A DNA stretch of 33,032 nt from Diploschistes diacapsis (Eukaryota): NCBI GenBank assembly GCA_023645945.1, contig JALAIB010000093.1, positions 1 through 33,032 of the forward strand. The letters run 5' to 3'. The position numbers and the translations under genes are program-made. Of this stretch, positions 1-12,021 are shown piece by piece (position 1 is the first letter of the stretch; every line of letters begins with the position of its first letter). A model generated the notes under the pieces. That model was given only the letters and a program-made list of their open reading frames with translations. It ran no database searches and was not told the origin of the DNA.

Positions 1-426
1 GGCCACTTCCCGCCCGGCCTGGGGCCCCGCATGGCAAACATGAACCTCGGCGCCGGTCCGGACCGCGGGCCGCTGCCCATGGGCATGGGTGGGCCCGGCG
101 GACCACCCTTCATGGGCGGACCGCCTCCATTTCCCCCGCACAGCGCTGCGTTTCCGATGATGGGAGGGGCAAGTGGAGCCGGGGGTCGAGGACCGCCGTT
201 CGGCAACGCGCCTGGTCTTGGCCCGGCTCAGGGTCCGGGTGGCAGACCGCTTGGAGTTGTAGACGTGTTTGGCGGCAACGGCGGCGGTAATGGCGACTTC
301 CATGGGAGCACGAACATGAATGCAGGCGCAGGTGGAGGCGGAGGCGGACGTGCGGCTGCCAGCGGACTCGGTGGGCCTGGCGGACCGCTGCCTTTGGGCG
401 CGCAGTTTGCCAGGCAGGAGCAGTAG
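1..426 (+). CDS. 3' end of an unidentified protein with a Gly/Pro/Met-rich low-complexity C-terminus (5'-truncated by the window)
   Basis: Frame 1 is open from base 1 (GHFPPGLGPRMANMNLG...) to TAG at 424-426. Codons are GC-rich and coding-like. No domain is visible. Confidence 0.65.
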   Translation, partial: GHFPPGLGPRMANMNLGAGPDRGPLPMGMGGPGGPPFMGGPPPFPPHSAAFPMMGGASGAGGRGPPFGNAPGLGPAQGPGGRPLGVVDVFGGNGGGNGDFHGSTNMNAGAGGGGGGRAAASGLGGPGGPLPLGAQFARQEQ

Positions 427-1189
427 GCGAAGTAACCCAGCTTTTGCCGGATTGGGTTTTTTGCGCGCGACTACTTTTGCCGCCAATGTCACGGGATAAT
501 CTTTGCGGAAGTTGAACGGGTGCGAGGCGGTGGGGGGGGGGGGAGCTGGGACGGTGCGGCATGAGGCTCGCTGGGAAGTTGGAGTTCTTCCGCCACCCTT
601 GGCACAATGACAACAATCCTGTCGGGCATGTCATATGCCGGGGAATGAAGAAAGAAAGGAGGAGAGGAAAGGAGGACGATGGATGCGACGAAAGAGGATA
701 ACCTGAACCCCCCGACCCGAGTAGCTAGCTAGCTGAGCCTGCAGAGTCGAACATTACTGTCATTGGCATGCCATTTGTACTTGTCCATTGCGCATTGTGC
801 ATCGTGCATGAGGCTTGGGATTCACGAATATGATCGCCCTTTTGTGGTCTGTGACTCGTGATTCTTTTTTTTCTGCATTGCTTATACCGTGCGGCTATGG
901 CGCATGTTATTGTATGTTGCGCATAATATACGGTAATCTCTCACCTTCCACCACAATATTTCCACAGAAGCGCTTCGACGCGCGCCAAAGGAGCTAGGCT
1001 ACCAAGATGCGCCGCCAGCTCAAAAGAGCAAGCCCCAGTGCTTCGGACCACCCACCCTCTTCCCACCTAATCCTATTTTCAAACCCTGGGACCGCCGTCA
1101 AACTGCCATGATTCCCCTCCCCTCTTACCGGAGCCTGGCCCCAGACCCATGTCGCGACCCCACACGATGCCCTTCTCGGAAACCCCCTC

Positions 1190-3817
1190 TCACGTAGCAA
1201 CATCATCCCGCTTTCTCAGCTTCTTGGCCTTCTTTTTCGCCAACGGCGACGTGGACGACGCGCTCGTGCGCTTCCTCTTTGGCCCCCCTTTTTTCTTGCC
1301 TTCCCGCTCCTCTTCAACCTCCTCGCCCTCTACCTTATCCGGCACCGCAACCTGCACGCCCGGATTCGCCTGCTCCCACTCCTGCACGAATTCGGCAGCA
1401 ATGTTCTGGTACGCGACCTCCCACGAGTCGTCCTGCGACGACCAGCCGGCCCAGTGTACGCGGTACTGCACCACCAACATCTCGCACTCGTTGAGCTCGC
1501 CGCCGTTGGCAAGGTAGCCGAGTATGACCGGGTCGTTCATGGGCTCGTGCTCGTGCTCTGAGGCCATGGAGCGGATGATGCGTTTGCCGCGGAGCTTGCT
1601 GACGATGTAGCAGTCATCGCCAGCGAGGGGATCGGGGGCTGTGTAGTTCACTTTCGCAAAATGGCCATCGGTGAGCTGGGAGACAAAGGTGAAGGACTCG
1701 ATGGCTGAAGGGTCCTTTTTGGCGTTGTCGCTGAGGGTAAAGGGTTCTTGGTCTCTGTGGAAGGTGTAGAGCTCCTCGGCTGTAAGGTTCGGGAGGGCTT
1801 CAGCGTTACATCTGAAGACAGGTCTGACATTGCAGATAGGCACAAAATGCTTGCCCAGAGAACCTTTGGGAAGATCTAGACGGATCTTCCGACGAAGCTG
1901 CTCTTGAGGGATATCTGCGTGTTCGTCGAACAAAAGATCCATGCTGGTTCGAGGCAGTTGAACAATGCGAAACGGGCCGTCGAAGATATCACCTTCATCA
2001 AATCTGCCCTCTTCGATCTGCTTGTCGGTTCGTAAAACAAGGACCAGGTCGTGACGGTGAACATGTTCGCCGCTTTGGTAAAGCAGCTTCCTACTCGTCT
2101 CTTTATAGCTTTCGGCAACAGTGGCCGATCTCAAGGGGTTCGGGCGAGCTTCCGCTGAAGAGGAGCCTCGAGACAGCGATAACTCTCCTCCTACTTTCGC
2201 ATCGTCTGGTTCCACATTTACGCATCCCGCACCTCCTATATCTGTATCTGCTGTTACTCCATTTGCTAGCGTGGCATCTTTGCTTGTAGAATTAGAATTT
2301 GTTATTGGACTCGAGCTTGGTAAGCGATTCATGGTAAATGCCTCCAACCTAGCTTCGATGGCATCAAGATCCACACTGCATTTTTGTTAGCGTTTCAAGT
2401 CAATTTCATCTCTCAGCTTACTTGGTGATCGTGTCCATCTTCATACTGCCCAATCGACTCGAGAATAAGGAGCGTAATCCGTAATGCCCATCGGCGCCGT
2501 TCACGTTATCCTTCAACTTGAGGACAGATTCGGCAAGAAAGCTCTTGTCTTCTGGCTTCAGCCAGTAGCGTCTACTGTCAAAGTTGTACTTGAAAAAACC
2601 AATCTGGCTCATAACGATTTGGACAGTATTTTCGACAATGTTGTTCCGCCATTTACCAACGATGACAAGGTCGTTTATAGGATCGGATTCGATAAAGACC
2701 TCCCTAAGCTCTTGGACATTGTCACGATATGTGTCTAAGAAAAACCTTCTAAGCACAAACGTGCGCTGCTCTGGCTCTGCTGGAGCTGAGTGCATAGGGT
2801 TTCTTGTTATGATCTTACCCACGCCCTTCTGGTACTCTTCTACAATCTCACCGGCCTCCCCGAGTATGTCGAGCGTGTCATAGCCATACGACCGACATGG
2901 CAAAGCACCGGCCTCCTTTCTTTTCTGCTCTTGATTGAACTCCACGACGAGCTTACGGAAGTCATACGTTTCCTCATCAGCACGTGCAGCAGGAGCCTCT
3001 TCCCTTGCGCTCCCATCTTCGGCCATGTTAGACAAAGCAACTGCCCAATCATGTGCTTCTTCATCTTTAGCACCAGCAGGACCCGGCAAGATTCCATCGT
3101 CCGCTTCACCATCCTCACTCCAAGGGCTCAAGTTAATATTTTCAGTGACTGGGGGCGGTATTTCCTCGTCGGTAAAGATGTGTCTCCTTGCTTTTCGGTG
3201 AGCTGCGTGGGGTGATTCTTGAGTGCCAACGGTAGCTCTGGCGATCCTTTCCTTCTCCGCAATATTCTTCTTGAAATCGAAAATCATACGCTCAAATTGT
3301 GTGACTCCCTTAGAAGCAGTAGGATCTATCTTCTCCGCGGTTGACATTGCACGATTCTTGGTGAGTGAGTTGTAATGCTCTGAACGGCTGCCTCTTGATC
3401 CTCGCTGACTCCTGCTGGTAACTTCTAGGTTTCTTGTGGCCCGGTGACCACGATCAGCATGATTCAAGCATGAGACTGATGCTGGGATAGTGCGGTCAGC
3501 AGTAGAATCATGCTCAATTTTCTTATTGCAATGGGCTGTAGTTTCGGTGTCATGACTGTGTGCGTGATAAATGTGATCTTTTGAAACATCTTGGGCATCT
3601 GTGAACGGAGGTTGGTTAGCCTCCTTGAGTCAGTATGGGATGCTCTACCTCTTGGAGTGTTTAGATCTGACGATCCAAGATCCAGTCCATATCGGGGGTG
3701 GTCTTGATCACGATACAGTGGATGAGCATTTTCTCGTGACAGCGCTCGATTCTCGGGAAGTCTGGGATCTTTTGTGGGCCAAGGGGCTCCATGGTTGGCC
3801 TTTGGAGCGTGGGGCAT
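1190..3817 (-). CDS. Spliced gene for a chromodomain protein with an upstream GPF/SH3-like module and a basic C-terminal tail; start codon uncertain
   Basis: ORFs 3464-3913, 2418-3467 and 1190-2374 join in frame via introns 3599-3648 (GTAGAG...GCTAAC...CAG) and 2376-2421 (GTAAG...CTAAC...CAG). Chromodomain motifs: YIVSKLRGKR...QYRVHWAGWSSQDDSWE...NIAAEFVQEW. NLS-like tail KKKGGPKRKR...KKKAKKLRKR. Confidence 0.75.
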
Positions 3818-4541
3818 AGTGAATAGTATTCGAAGCAGTTGCTTGAGGCAAAAGGAGGTGCCGTGCTTCTCCCCTGAGCCAATAAGCTTACATGTCTGAA
3901 AGGGAAGGAACACTTACTTATCGAGGAAAATCCGATTGCTATGTTGGCTCAAGCTGATGATTGCATCTGCATAGCCGGCATGAGCCTGGGTGACTTTGAC
4001 TAACTTCAAAGGAGGTAGAGATTACACGAATATCGAGAAAGCCGGATCGTGAAATAACAATAGACGTGGCACGTCGAAGAGCTCCTTAGGGAGAAGGCAT
4101 GAACAAGTGCTCTGAGCAAAAGGAGTGCCGTCACTGATTATTCAAACGATGAGCCTTGAATATGGAAATTGTCGGAACAGAGAGAGGAACAAACCCTGAG
4201 ATATGTCGATTCACTTTGAAAAAAAATGGATTAAAAGCAACGAAAGCTTCCATTTCCCTGATTTACCAAATCTTAGAGCACACTCCCTTCGAGGTCTCGT
4301 ATGGTCCATTCAAAGGAAAGAATGGCAATGACTCGAGATTAGGAGAACGTACGTCCCACCTTCAAGTTCCATCATCAGAGCGTCCTCCATTTATTTCCCT
4401 CCGACAAGGGCTAAAGGCCTAGTGCCTCGTCCTTCCTGCCTTCTTTCGCACGGGAGCTGGCGAACATCTTACATATTTACAGATTATCACTCAATGTGGA
4501 GCGAAATTTCCACGCACAAAACATAAGCCTTGGCTGCGTTG

Positions 4542-7171
4542 TCAAGGGCCAGTTACTTCCTGCATCCTCGGAAGAGGCAGCGTTTCCGAACCAATGTCTG
4601 GTCTTGACCCCAACGACACATTTTCATGTCGGGAGCCGTCTTGGGCGTTATTAGATGCCACAGGAGGCATCGTAGAAGAAGAAGAAGAAGAAGAAGAAGA
4701 AGAAGAAGAAGAGCCTTCGGCCACTTCTGTGGTCTCATCTGCATTAGCCGGTAGTACCTCGTTGGCAGGCGCCTCTAAGGCTGGCTCTTCTTCTTGCTCG
4801 TCGCTGGGATTACGAGTGCCCTCTTCAACTTCTTCGTTATCAACATCCTGAATTGATGAACCTTCTTCCAGTTCAGCTTTGATTGCTGCTTCGCGTTTGG
4901 TGCGCAAAAACTTTCGCGCCCTACTAGCTTTCGCAGTATCTGCAAGTAACCCATCAATCTTGTCCTGCAATAGCTCCTTGACATGGAATCCCATTGCCTG
5001 TGAGGTGAAGACGCTGCTGAAACGATAACTCAGCCATAGGTAGAGGACGACCGCGTTGTGAGTTGCCTCGAGCTTGTGCAGGTATTCGGAATTGATGGGG
5101 CCATCGTAAGATAAGATCTCCAAACCCAGCTCAGGGACATCCAGAAGCGCTCCACCAGACTGTTGCGCCACGCGGGTTGCGAGCGCCAAGAGAACGGCTT
5201 TCATGCCATGATCTTTGGGGTGGGCCGGTGATGCGCAAAAGGTTAGGCGATCCGAGGTGCTCAGATCTTGCACCTCCTGGATGACATCCAATATAGCAGC
5301 TTGTTCTCTCAATGTACAGAGGTGGAAGCGCCAATGCATCCGCGATATTTCGTGCAAACGGCGCATTATATAGCTAAAAGGCGTCTTTGGGGGAAAGTAC
5401 GAAGCGAAGCGTAGTACAACGTGATCTGGAGGGAACAAGCCCGCAGTTTTGATGGGCTCTGGATCGTTCTTCATGGCTCTTTGAATGATCGGCATATCGA
5501 TATCGTCAAGTGCAGTCACAAGCCCAAGGGCTGGTGGAGACGGAGGTGGCTTCTTGACATCAGAAGAATCAGTGGTCTCGCTGAGGTCCTCCGTTGCCTG
5601 AGCAGCAGTTCGATATCTGCCCGCCCTACCTGCAATTTGTTTGATGTCTGGGATCTGGAGTTGTGCATGTTCAAGGCCATCATATTTGAAGGTTGACTCG
5701 AAAACAATTCTCTTGATACTTCTGACAGGAGTAAGCAAACAGTCTTAGAGAGGATTTGATATCTTACAGATTAAGGCCCATGCCGATAGCATCACTGGCA
5801 ACCAGAATGTCATAATCATTGCTTTCGTCATTGAATAAACGAGCCTGCTGGGCACGTATCTCTGGTGGGAGGGAGCCATACACAACAGCCACTCTTCTTT
5901 TAGTAAGTTGCTCTATTTCTTTCTTTAGAGAGTGAATCCCACGTCGTGAGAACGACACCACGCAGTCACCCCTGCGTAGGTTTTTGAGCTTTCCTTTGAG
6001 ACTGGAGCTCGCAGCCTGGAGGGGACTGAGCCGCTCATACCGATGAACGATGAGTTCTTCCCCCAGTGCAGCAGCGAGTTCCTGTATCAAAGGGAGCGCC
6101 CTCACCTCGCCACACATGTGAATTTCTCTTGCCTTTAGGCCAAGAAGAGCCTGTGTCCACGCCCAGCCTCGCTGTGGATGGCCAATCATTTGGATTTCAT
6201 CGATTACTGCCACCTCGATGACTGGGCCATATGGAACCATCTCGACCGTGCAACTGTTCATGAGAGGCTGAGATTCTTCCGTTTTGGGAAATATCATCTC
6301 ATCACCCGTAACCAAATTGCAGCATTTGCCGCGGGCGTTAAGTCGGGTGAAAACTTCGTGTGCTAACAGACGTAGGGGGCCGGCATACACCCCGCTCTCG
6401 GCCGCTTCTAATCTCTGTAAAGCATGGTATGTCTTCCCAGAGTTGGTTGGGCCAACGTGGATGTGGAGTTTGCGCTGCAGCGATCGAGCATTAGGAAACC
6501 ATTCGTACGGAAAACGCAGATCGGCGATCTTCACTTGGTTGAGAATATCTTGCTCGGAGAAAGTCTCGTTCGCGATGAAACCTTGCAATGCGAACTTCAA
6601 TTGGGAGTCAATACCGTCCGAACCAGCCTCAACATAGGCTTGTCGAAGTGTTGTGAGAAGCGTAGGCACCTGCGATGACTTGGACCAGTCACTCAATGTC
6701 TTTCGCAGACTTGTCTCAAACTGCATGAATTTTGCGCTAGCATTCTCTTTCGACAGTCCTGTTTGCGCCAAGAACTCCCTATCGTCTGTTTGCCTTCGCA
6801 TATGAACAACTCTCGTGAGCACCAGTGCTACGATATCGCGGTCATTTGAGCGTGAGCGCGCTGCACGGCTTCTGCTCGCTCCTGAATCAACCTGCTGGCT
6901 TCGCCTGATCGATTGGCTTGGCTTTCTTAAAGGCCTTGCCTATTAAAAACCGTCAGCAGGACATTCACCTTAACTCACTTTAAAAACTCACGCTAAGGCA
7001 CCGAGAACGAGGTGCCAGCTTTTGGATCATGTTTGTCGAGCCTGCAGCAGGACGCGGTTGCCACGATCGTGCGCGCGAACCGTGCATAGCCCTTACCGCA
7101 TGCTTGTTCCATATTGATTGACTGAAGCCGCAGAATATACACTGACCAGAGCTTAGAATACTGTTTCGCAT
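4542..7171 (-). CDS. SUV3: Mitochondrial ATP-dependent RNA helicase SUV3 (degradosome subunit)
   Basis: Motifs HVGPTNSGKT, GPLRLLAHE, SCTVEM, VIDEIQM..RGWAW, VYGSLPPE.R..QA..FN, ASDAIGMGLNL and QIAGRAGR. In-frame introns at 6940-6991 and 5722-5767. The N-terminus is Arg/Ser-rich and presequence-like. Confidence 0.95.
4675..4710. repeat. (GAA)12 microsatellite encoding poly-Ser in the SUV3 C-terminal tail
   Basis: Perfect GAA trinucleotide run read directly from the sequence. Confidence 0.95.
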
Positions 7172-8060
7172 GCCCGTTGCGAGGAGGTTCAACTTTGGAA
7201 ATACGAGGATGACGGACGGGAAGGAAGGAATTGTCAGAACTAGAGAGATGGAATATAATGGAGGCGGTAACCCCTTGCCTTAAGCCACTCCTTGAAGCAC
7301 TATTTCAGTAAAAGTACACTTACATATTCCTGTGCAAAAAAAGTTTTTGGTGGATGATGTCGAAAGTGCCAAGTATTTATCGAAGCTTTGGGAAGAGGAC
7401 TATCGCTGTATTAAATTGTAAAGTACGAGAGCGTGTACGCGCTAGCCCCGTTCCCATCGTTTCATCGATAATCGCTTACCTGATCCTCAGGACAAAAGCC
7501 TGCAAGCTCGACGCCATCACAGCCGGCATCTACACCAAACTCCCCTAGGCCACGGTCGACGTCGGCTATCAGTATGGTCGTCACGGCAGCAGGGTATAAC
7601 GGAAAGAAGCACGGGTATCACGAAGGGACGCAGCATCTTCAAGCGCCGCGCGCCGCTTCCGCTCCCCTTCGATGCCAAGCCGGAGTGCAGCATGCAGAAG
7701 GAAATGTCGGGCAAAAAGTGGCGGAGCACAGTGTCAACTTCGGGCATCTGCGTCAACGGCGCAAAGTCTAAGCATCGAAGGGGGTTGCGAGACGAGGGGC
7801 GCCGTGGGAGGTATCTACGGCAAGGGCGCCTGCGCTGTGGCCCAGGTGGGCCTCGACAAGGTGGATAGCGCGACGGAATATAACGAAGAAGCATTCTCGA
7901 TTTGTTACAAGCATATCGCGTAATTCGGAGTCCTTCGAGCGTCTTCACCAAGTACTTTCGTGATTGGAGCGCATGAGAGAAGTGAACTGATATCAGCGAT
8001 TGAACGCAGTAAGTGAAATACGTAAGCAGTGGGCTTTTCAGTGCAGGTCAAGGCGCTGTC

Positions 8061-8090
8061 ACACTGTAAACTGTACACTGTACACTGTAC
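8061..8090. repeat. Short tandem repeat of the 7-mer ACACTGT (about 4 copies, one mismatch)
   Basis: acactgt aaactgt acactgt acactgt ac. Confidence 0.8.
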
Positions 8091-8901
8091 ATGGTTGACA
8101 TGATCTCCTTCTTAGATGGTCATGAATGCAAGGCATAAGGTGCAGAAGTAGGTAAGAAAATTAGAAAACAGAGCTCATTTCTGTAATAGTCCCTGTTCTC
8201 CTGTTCTCGGGCAAAAAGACTTGGGGCTATGTCTTCATCCGCTATGCTATCCCATATATAAGTCTTTCTTTTCGTTTTTCTTTTTTTCTCGATATTGTGG
8301 TCTAAGTGGTCTTCAAATTTCCTACGCCGTCTTACTACATTTCTCGATTTCTTAGACTTGAGATCCGTGCCTATGAGGCTCAGTTTACCTACGCCCTTCG
8401 CAGACATTGATTCCATAAGCCAAAGAAGCACAGGACCCCCTTGAATAACTTGCCTGTTGCGAATTTTTATGCTGTACAGAAAACATCCCCGGCCATCTGC
8501 CGGTGTTTTGCTAGCATGGTTTTGACTCTACCGGGGATCCGCTTTATCTGCCGTGTTAGGGCACTAAGATCAGTCAATGCTCGAGATGGCAGTCATCGTG
8601 GCAGAAAGCGGCACACAGCCCTTCAGCTCTGCAAGGCCATGGCGTCGACAATCACAAGAGAAGTTCCTGAGCATAAGCCAAGAAGACGGTCATGCAGGAA
8701 ACCTTCTCCTTTGTATTGCGTAGTCAATGCGTTCCCTTCTGAGTATGATCCAACAGGGCGACGGAGGCGAGCAGTGGGTTGGCTTCTACATAAGTCTGAA
8801 TTTCCTTTCACTCCCCTTTTCGACGGTCAAACTCAATAGCACTACCAGACTTCTTATCAGCCTTAGCTACTCAGCATCTTTAAGACGGTCTTCATATCGC
8901 A

Positions 8902-9868
8902 ATGTTGACCAATCAAGATTTCGATGTATGTGTCTTCCATACGATTAGCAGCGCACATGAACTGATAGGAGAAGGTCATGTCATGGGCTTTGACGTCAGT
9001 TGCTGCTGTGGTCACCTTTGGCCGATTCTATATTCGGTGGAAGTTTGCCAGGCTCTACTGGGATGATTCTTTCAGTGCCCTTGCCCTACTCTGCCTTGTA
9101 GCATTTTGCGCCATTTCAGATGTCCCTGTTGCCCCGAACGAAGTTGTTTATCTGAAGCTTAGCTTGGCATACAGCATGGTTTTTTGGACCACTCTTTATC
9201 TGGTCAAAGGTTCTTTCATGGTTTATTGTTGGCAAATTTTTAAAATATCGGCGACCTTTCGCAAGGCCTGGTGGTTTGTCATGATCTACACCTTTTTTTC
9301 TTACTGGCCGCTTTCTCTTGGTGTTCTATGCCAATGTGGCAATCCTTCGAAATACGCCGATCCAGTCACCTGCTCAACTTTCACCGGTTCGAGTACAAGC
9401 CAATCGTACACTCTCAACTTGAGCATCCTCTCAGCTGCTCTTCACGTCTCGTCAGACTGTTTCATCCTAGCATTGCCGTTGTTTTTCATCAAAAGGCTCC
9501 AAATGTCAACGGCTCAGAAGCTTAGCGCTGCTGCTGTCTTTGCCCTAATCATTGTCGATATCCTCATGGGCCTCATCAGAAACATTGGCGTCGCGTGCTC
9601 TTCTGCCGGCTACGATTTGGGTTTTGAGAGTGATTTCTTGACCTCTATGGGGATAATCGAGCCAGCACTTGCCGTCATTGTCTGCGCTTTACCGGTTTAT
9701 CGAGTAGTACTATCCAATTCCCAGACCCGAAGGCAGAAGATTCGTCCGACGCAGTCGCCACTGGGCGCCATGCAACCTACGTTACCGATTAGCAACATCA
9801 CATCCAGGTTCCCTTTGATAGAGGTGGATGATGATCCAGCAGTGACGGAAAGGACATGCTCTGTCTAA
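8902..9868 (+). CDS. Pth11-like (fungal rhodopsin-domain) seven-transmembrane protein without CFEM domain
   Basis: Family motifs R.YIR...WDD, LYLVKGSF, SD.FILALP...IKRLQM..QK and IEP..AVIVCALP, with multiple hydrophobic segments. An 8-codon first exon (ATG 8902) and an intron from 8926 (GTATGT) to 8968 or 8974 keep the frame. Confidence 0.85.
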
Positions 9869-10698
9869 GAACAGTCTATACTGCCATTACTATCTACCAA
9901 CTCCTCCACAAATAAAGACAGAGATACGAGAACTATCGACAGTCCAAACACAGGATTCGGGTTTCCGCAACCCTTTAAACGATGTGGATTCAGCATTGAA
10001 CTGTGCTTGGGTCTGAACTATCAGCGGGCTTCTCATATGTCGTCACGTCGTGCCTTGCCGCTTCTTTTGCACACGGCGAGCCGGGTAAGATAACGATAAC
10101 CGATGGCTACGGACATGGACGGGGCCTTGGGAACACCAACCGGGTTGGGGGAGATGCGGATAATATAGCCTTGCTCGTATAACAACACACTTGTTCCAGG
10201 GGGGGAAGTTTAGCCTCAATCAATAACGACCAGATCAAAAGTTCCCCCATTTGTCTCAAGAGTAATACCCGCTTCACCTTCCTTTCGTTATGATATAAAA
10301 CACTATAGAGCTGATGACTAATCCACGTACATGCTAAGTTAGGTTTCATGTTGTATGGTAATCACACCTGCAGCAGAAAGAAACCTTCGGCTCGCAACAA
10401 CGAGCTCCAAAATAATTACACTGTTAATAGACTGCCGAAAGCCCACGGCCTACAAAGTTATAAGCTAGGAATTTTATGTAATCCTGCTGGCTGTTGACTC
10501 CCGTACACAAGAACTGCAAAATCCTCTCGTACACGAAAGGGAACTCTAATGCTGATAACGAGTTTCATTTTTGCAAAGCCAATTGATCCCTATCTCATGT
10601 CGTACAAGACAAACCGCTCTTGCTGCTTATAATAATGCAAGCGCCTCGAACACGCCACAACCCTCCCCACCCCGTTCCCTTTTCTCCCTATTCCCCCT

Positions 10699-12021
10699 CT
10701 ACCGCACCGTCGCCCCTTTCAAGCTCTTCACCCTGCACTCTCCACCCCCCTTTACCCGCAGTCTTCCCAGCGCAGGTTTCCCTTCTCCGGCCTCGCCCTT
10801 CAACTGCTCCACTCTACCCACCTCAAACGCTACGCCCAAATCCTCCGTCGTCATGAACCCGACCTGGCACATCTCCCAAACTTTCTTCTTTGGATTCAGC
10901 ACGCCCTCTGGTTCCCCCTCCCACCCGTCGAACAGGATCCTCTCCCCCGCCTTCGCTTCTGTGGGCGGGCTCACCAGCTCCACGGGCCCGGCGTGGTTGT
11001 CTGCCTCCCCTTCCGCCAAGCGCGGGGAGGCGGCAAGAACCATGGCGGCGGATTTGATCCCGCGCATTGTCACGGGCTTGAGGTTACACACCGCGACAAT
11101 CTTGCGGTTTTGCATCTCCGCTAGCGGCACGAGGCCATTGAGCCCTGAGCAGACGGTTCGCACAACCTGGCCTTCGTATTCGGAGGTGTTATCTGTGCCG
11201 GGGGCATCGCCGACGGCAATAGTGGAGACGTAGAGGGAGTCGGCGTTTGGGTGGGCGACGGCTTTGAGGATGTGACCCACGCGTAGATCTATTAGGGCGG
11301 GCGAGAGGGCGGTTTCTTTGGCGGGTTGTTTCTGCGGCTTCGGGGGTTTCTCTTTCTTTTCCTTTTTGCCAGCTGCTGCTGCTGCGCCGCCGGAGGCTGC
11401 GTCCTTCACTGCTTCCTTTGCACAGGTTGCGGTGTCTTTGACTTTGTCCTTCTTGTTTTGGTCAGTCACGAGCGCTTTACCCTCTGCAGCACCGGCTGCT
11501 TCCCTTTTTTTCTTTTTCCTCTCCTTTTCTTCCTTGGGATCTATCGGTTTTGGAGTGAAGAGGATTTTGTTGGGGTCAATAGCGACCTTGTCCTCGTCTT
11601 TTATCGACATTCCGAATAGGGGTGCGTTCTGGACGAAGTCAACATAGCGAACGATGTGATGATGTCCTCGTTCGCCTGTCCGTTGCTCCTCCGTCCACGT
11701 CTTGATTGCTGGCGCAAGATGGCTGTAGACCGCCACGTCGGCTATTGAAGGCTTGTGGCCGAGCAAGGTTGTCCGCGTAGATAAGTGTGTATTCAATGAG
11801 CTCAGTCGATCTGCACCTTTCGCCTCATCTTCATTTGGTGAGCCGAGATGGCCTGACGTTGCAACCCATTGTCCTATCTCAACCTTTTCGTTGTCCGTAT
11901 AGTGCTCGTTAGGGAAAAGGGTGCGGGAAAGTTCGACGGCATCGGATTCGGAGGAAGGGGGAGAAGACTGGGTAGCAGGAAAGTACTGTTTGATGAGCCC
12001 GTTGAGTGAAGTCGAGGCCAT
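10699..12021 (-). CDS. ARC1: tRNA-aminoacylation cofactor Arc1 (GST-like N-domain, Lys-rich linker, EMAPII-like tRNA-binding OB fold)
   Basis: IDLRVGHILKA..HPNADSLYVSTI, RTVCSGL, VCNLKPVTMRGIKSAAMVL and LNPKKK.WE. Intronless, ATG at 12021. Confidence 0.93.
   Translation of the reverse strand: MASTSLNGLIKQYFPATQSSPPSSESDAVELSRTLFPNEHYTDNEKVEIGQWVATSGHLGSPNEDEAKGADRLSSLNTHLSTRTTLLGHKPSIADVAVYSHLAPAIKTWTEEQRTGERGHHHIVRYVDFVQNAPLFGMSIKDEDKVAIDPNKILFTPKPIDPKEEKERKKKKREAAGAAEGKALVTDQNKKDKVKDTATCAKEAVKDAASGGAAAAAGKKEKKEKPPKPQKQPAKETALSPALIDLRVGHILKAVAHPNADSLYVSTIAVGDAPGTDNTSEYEGQVVRTVCSGLNGLVPLAEMQNRKIVAVCNLKPVTMRGIKSAAMVLAASPRLAEGEADNHAGPVELVSPPTEAKAGERILFDGWEGEPEGVLNPKKKVWEMCQVGFMTTEDLGVAFEVGRVEQLKGEAGEGKPALGRLRVKGGGECRVKSLKGATVR

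Noticed and set aside
110..634. 174-aa minus-strand ORF and G12 run at 532-543
   Set aside because: Shadow of the GC-rich plus-strand gene; the homopolymer has no supporting context.
8120..8839. Small ORFs upstream of the Pth11-like gene, including 8623-8811 on the minus strand
   Set aside because: Mostly non-ATG starts, no recognisable family and no consistent splice model.
10571..11647. Plus-strand ORFs of 220 and 109 aa
   Set aside because: Antisense shadows of ARC1.
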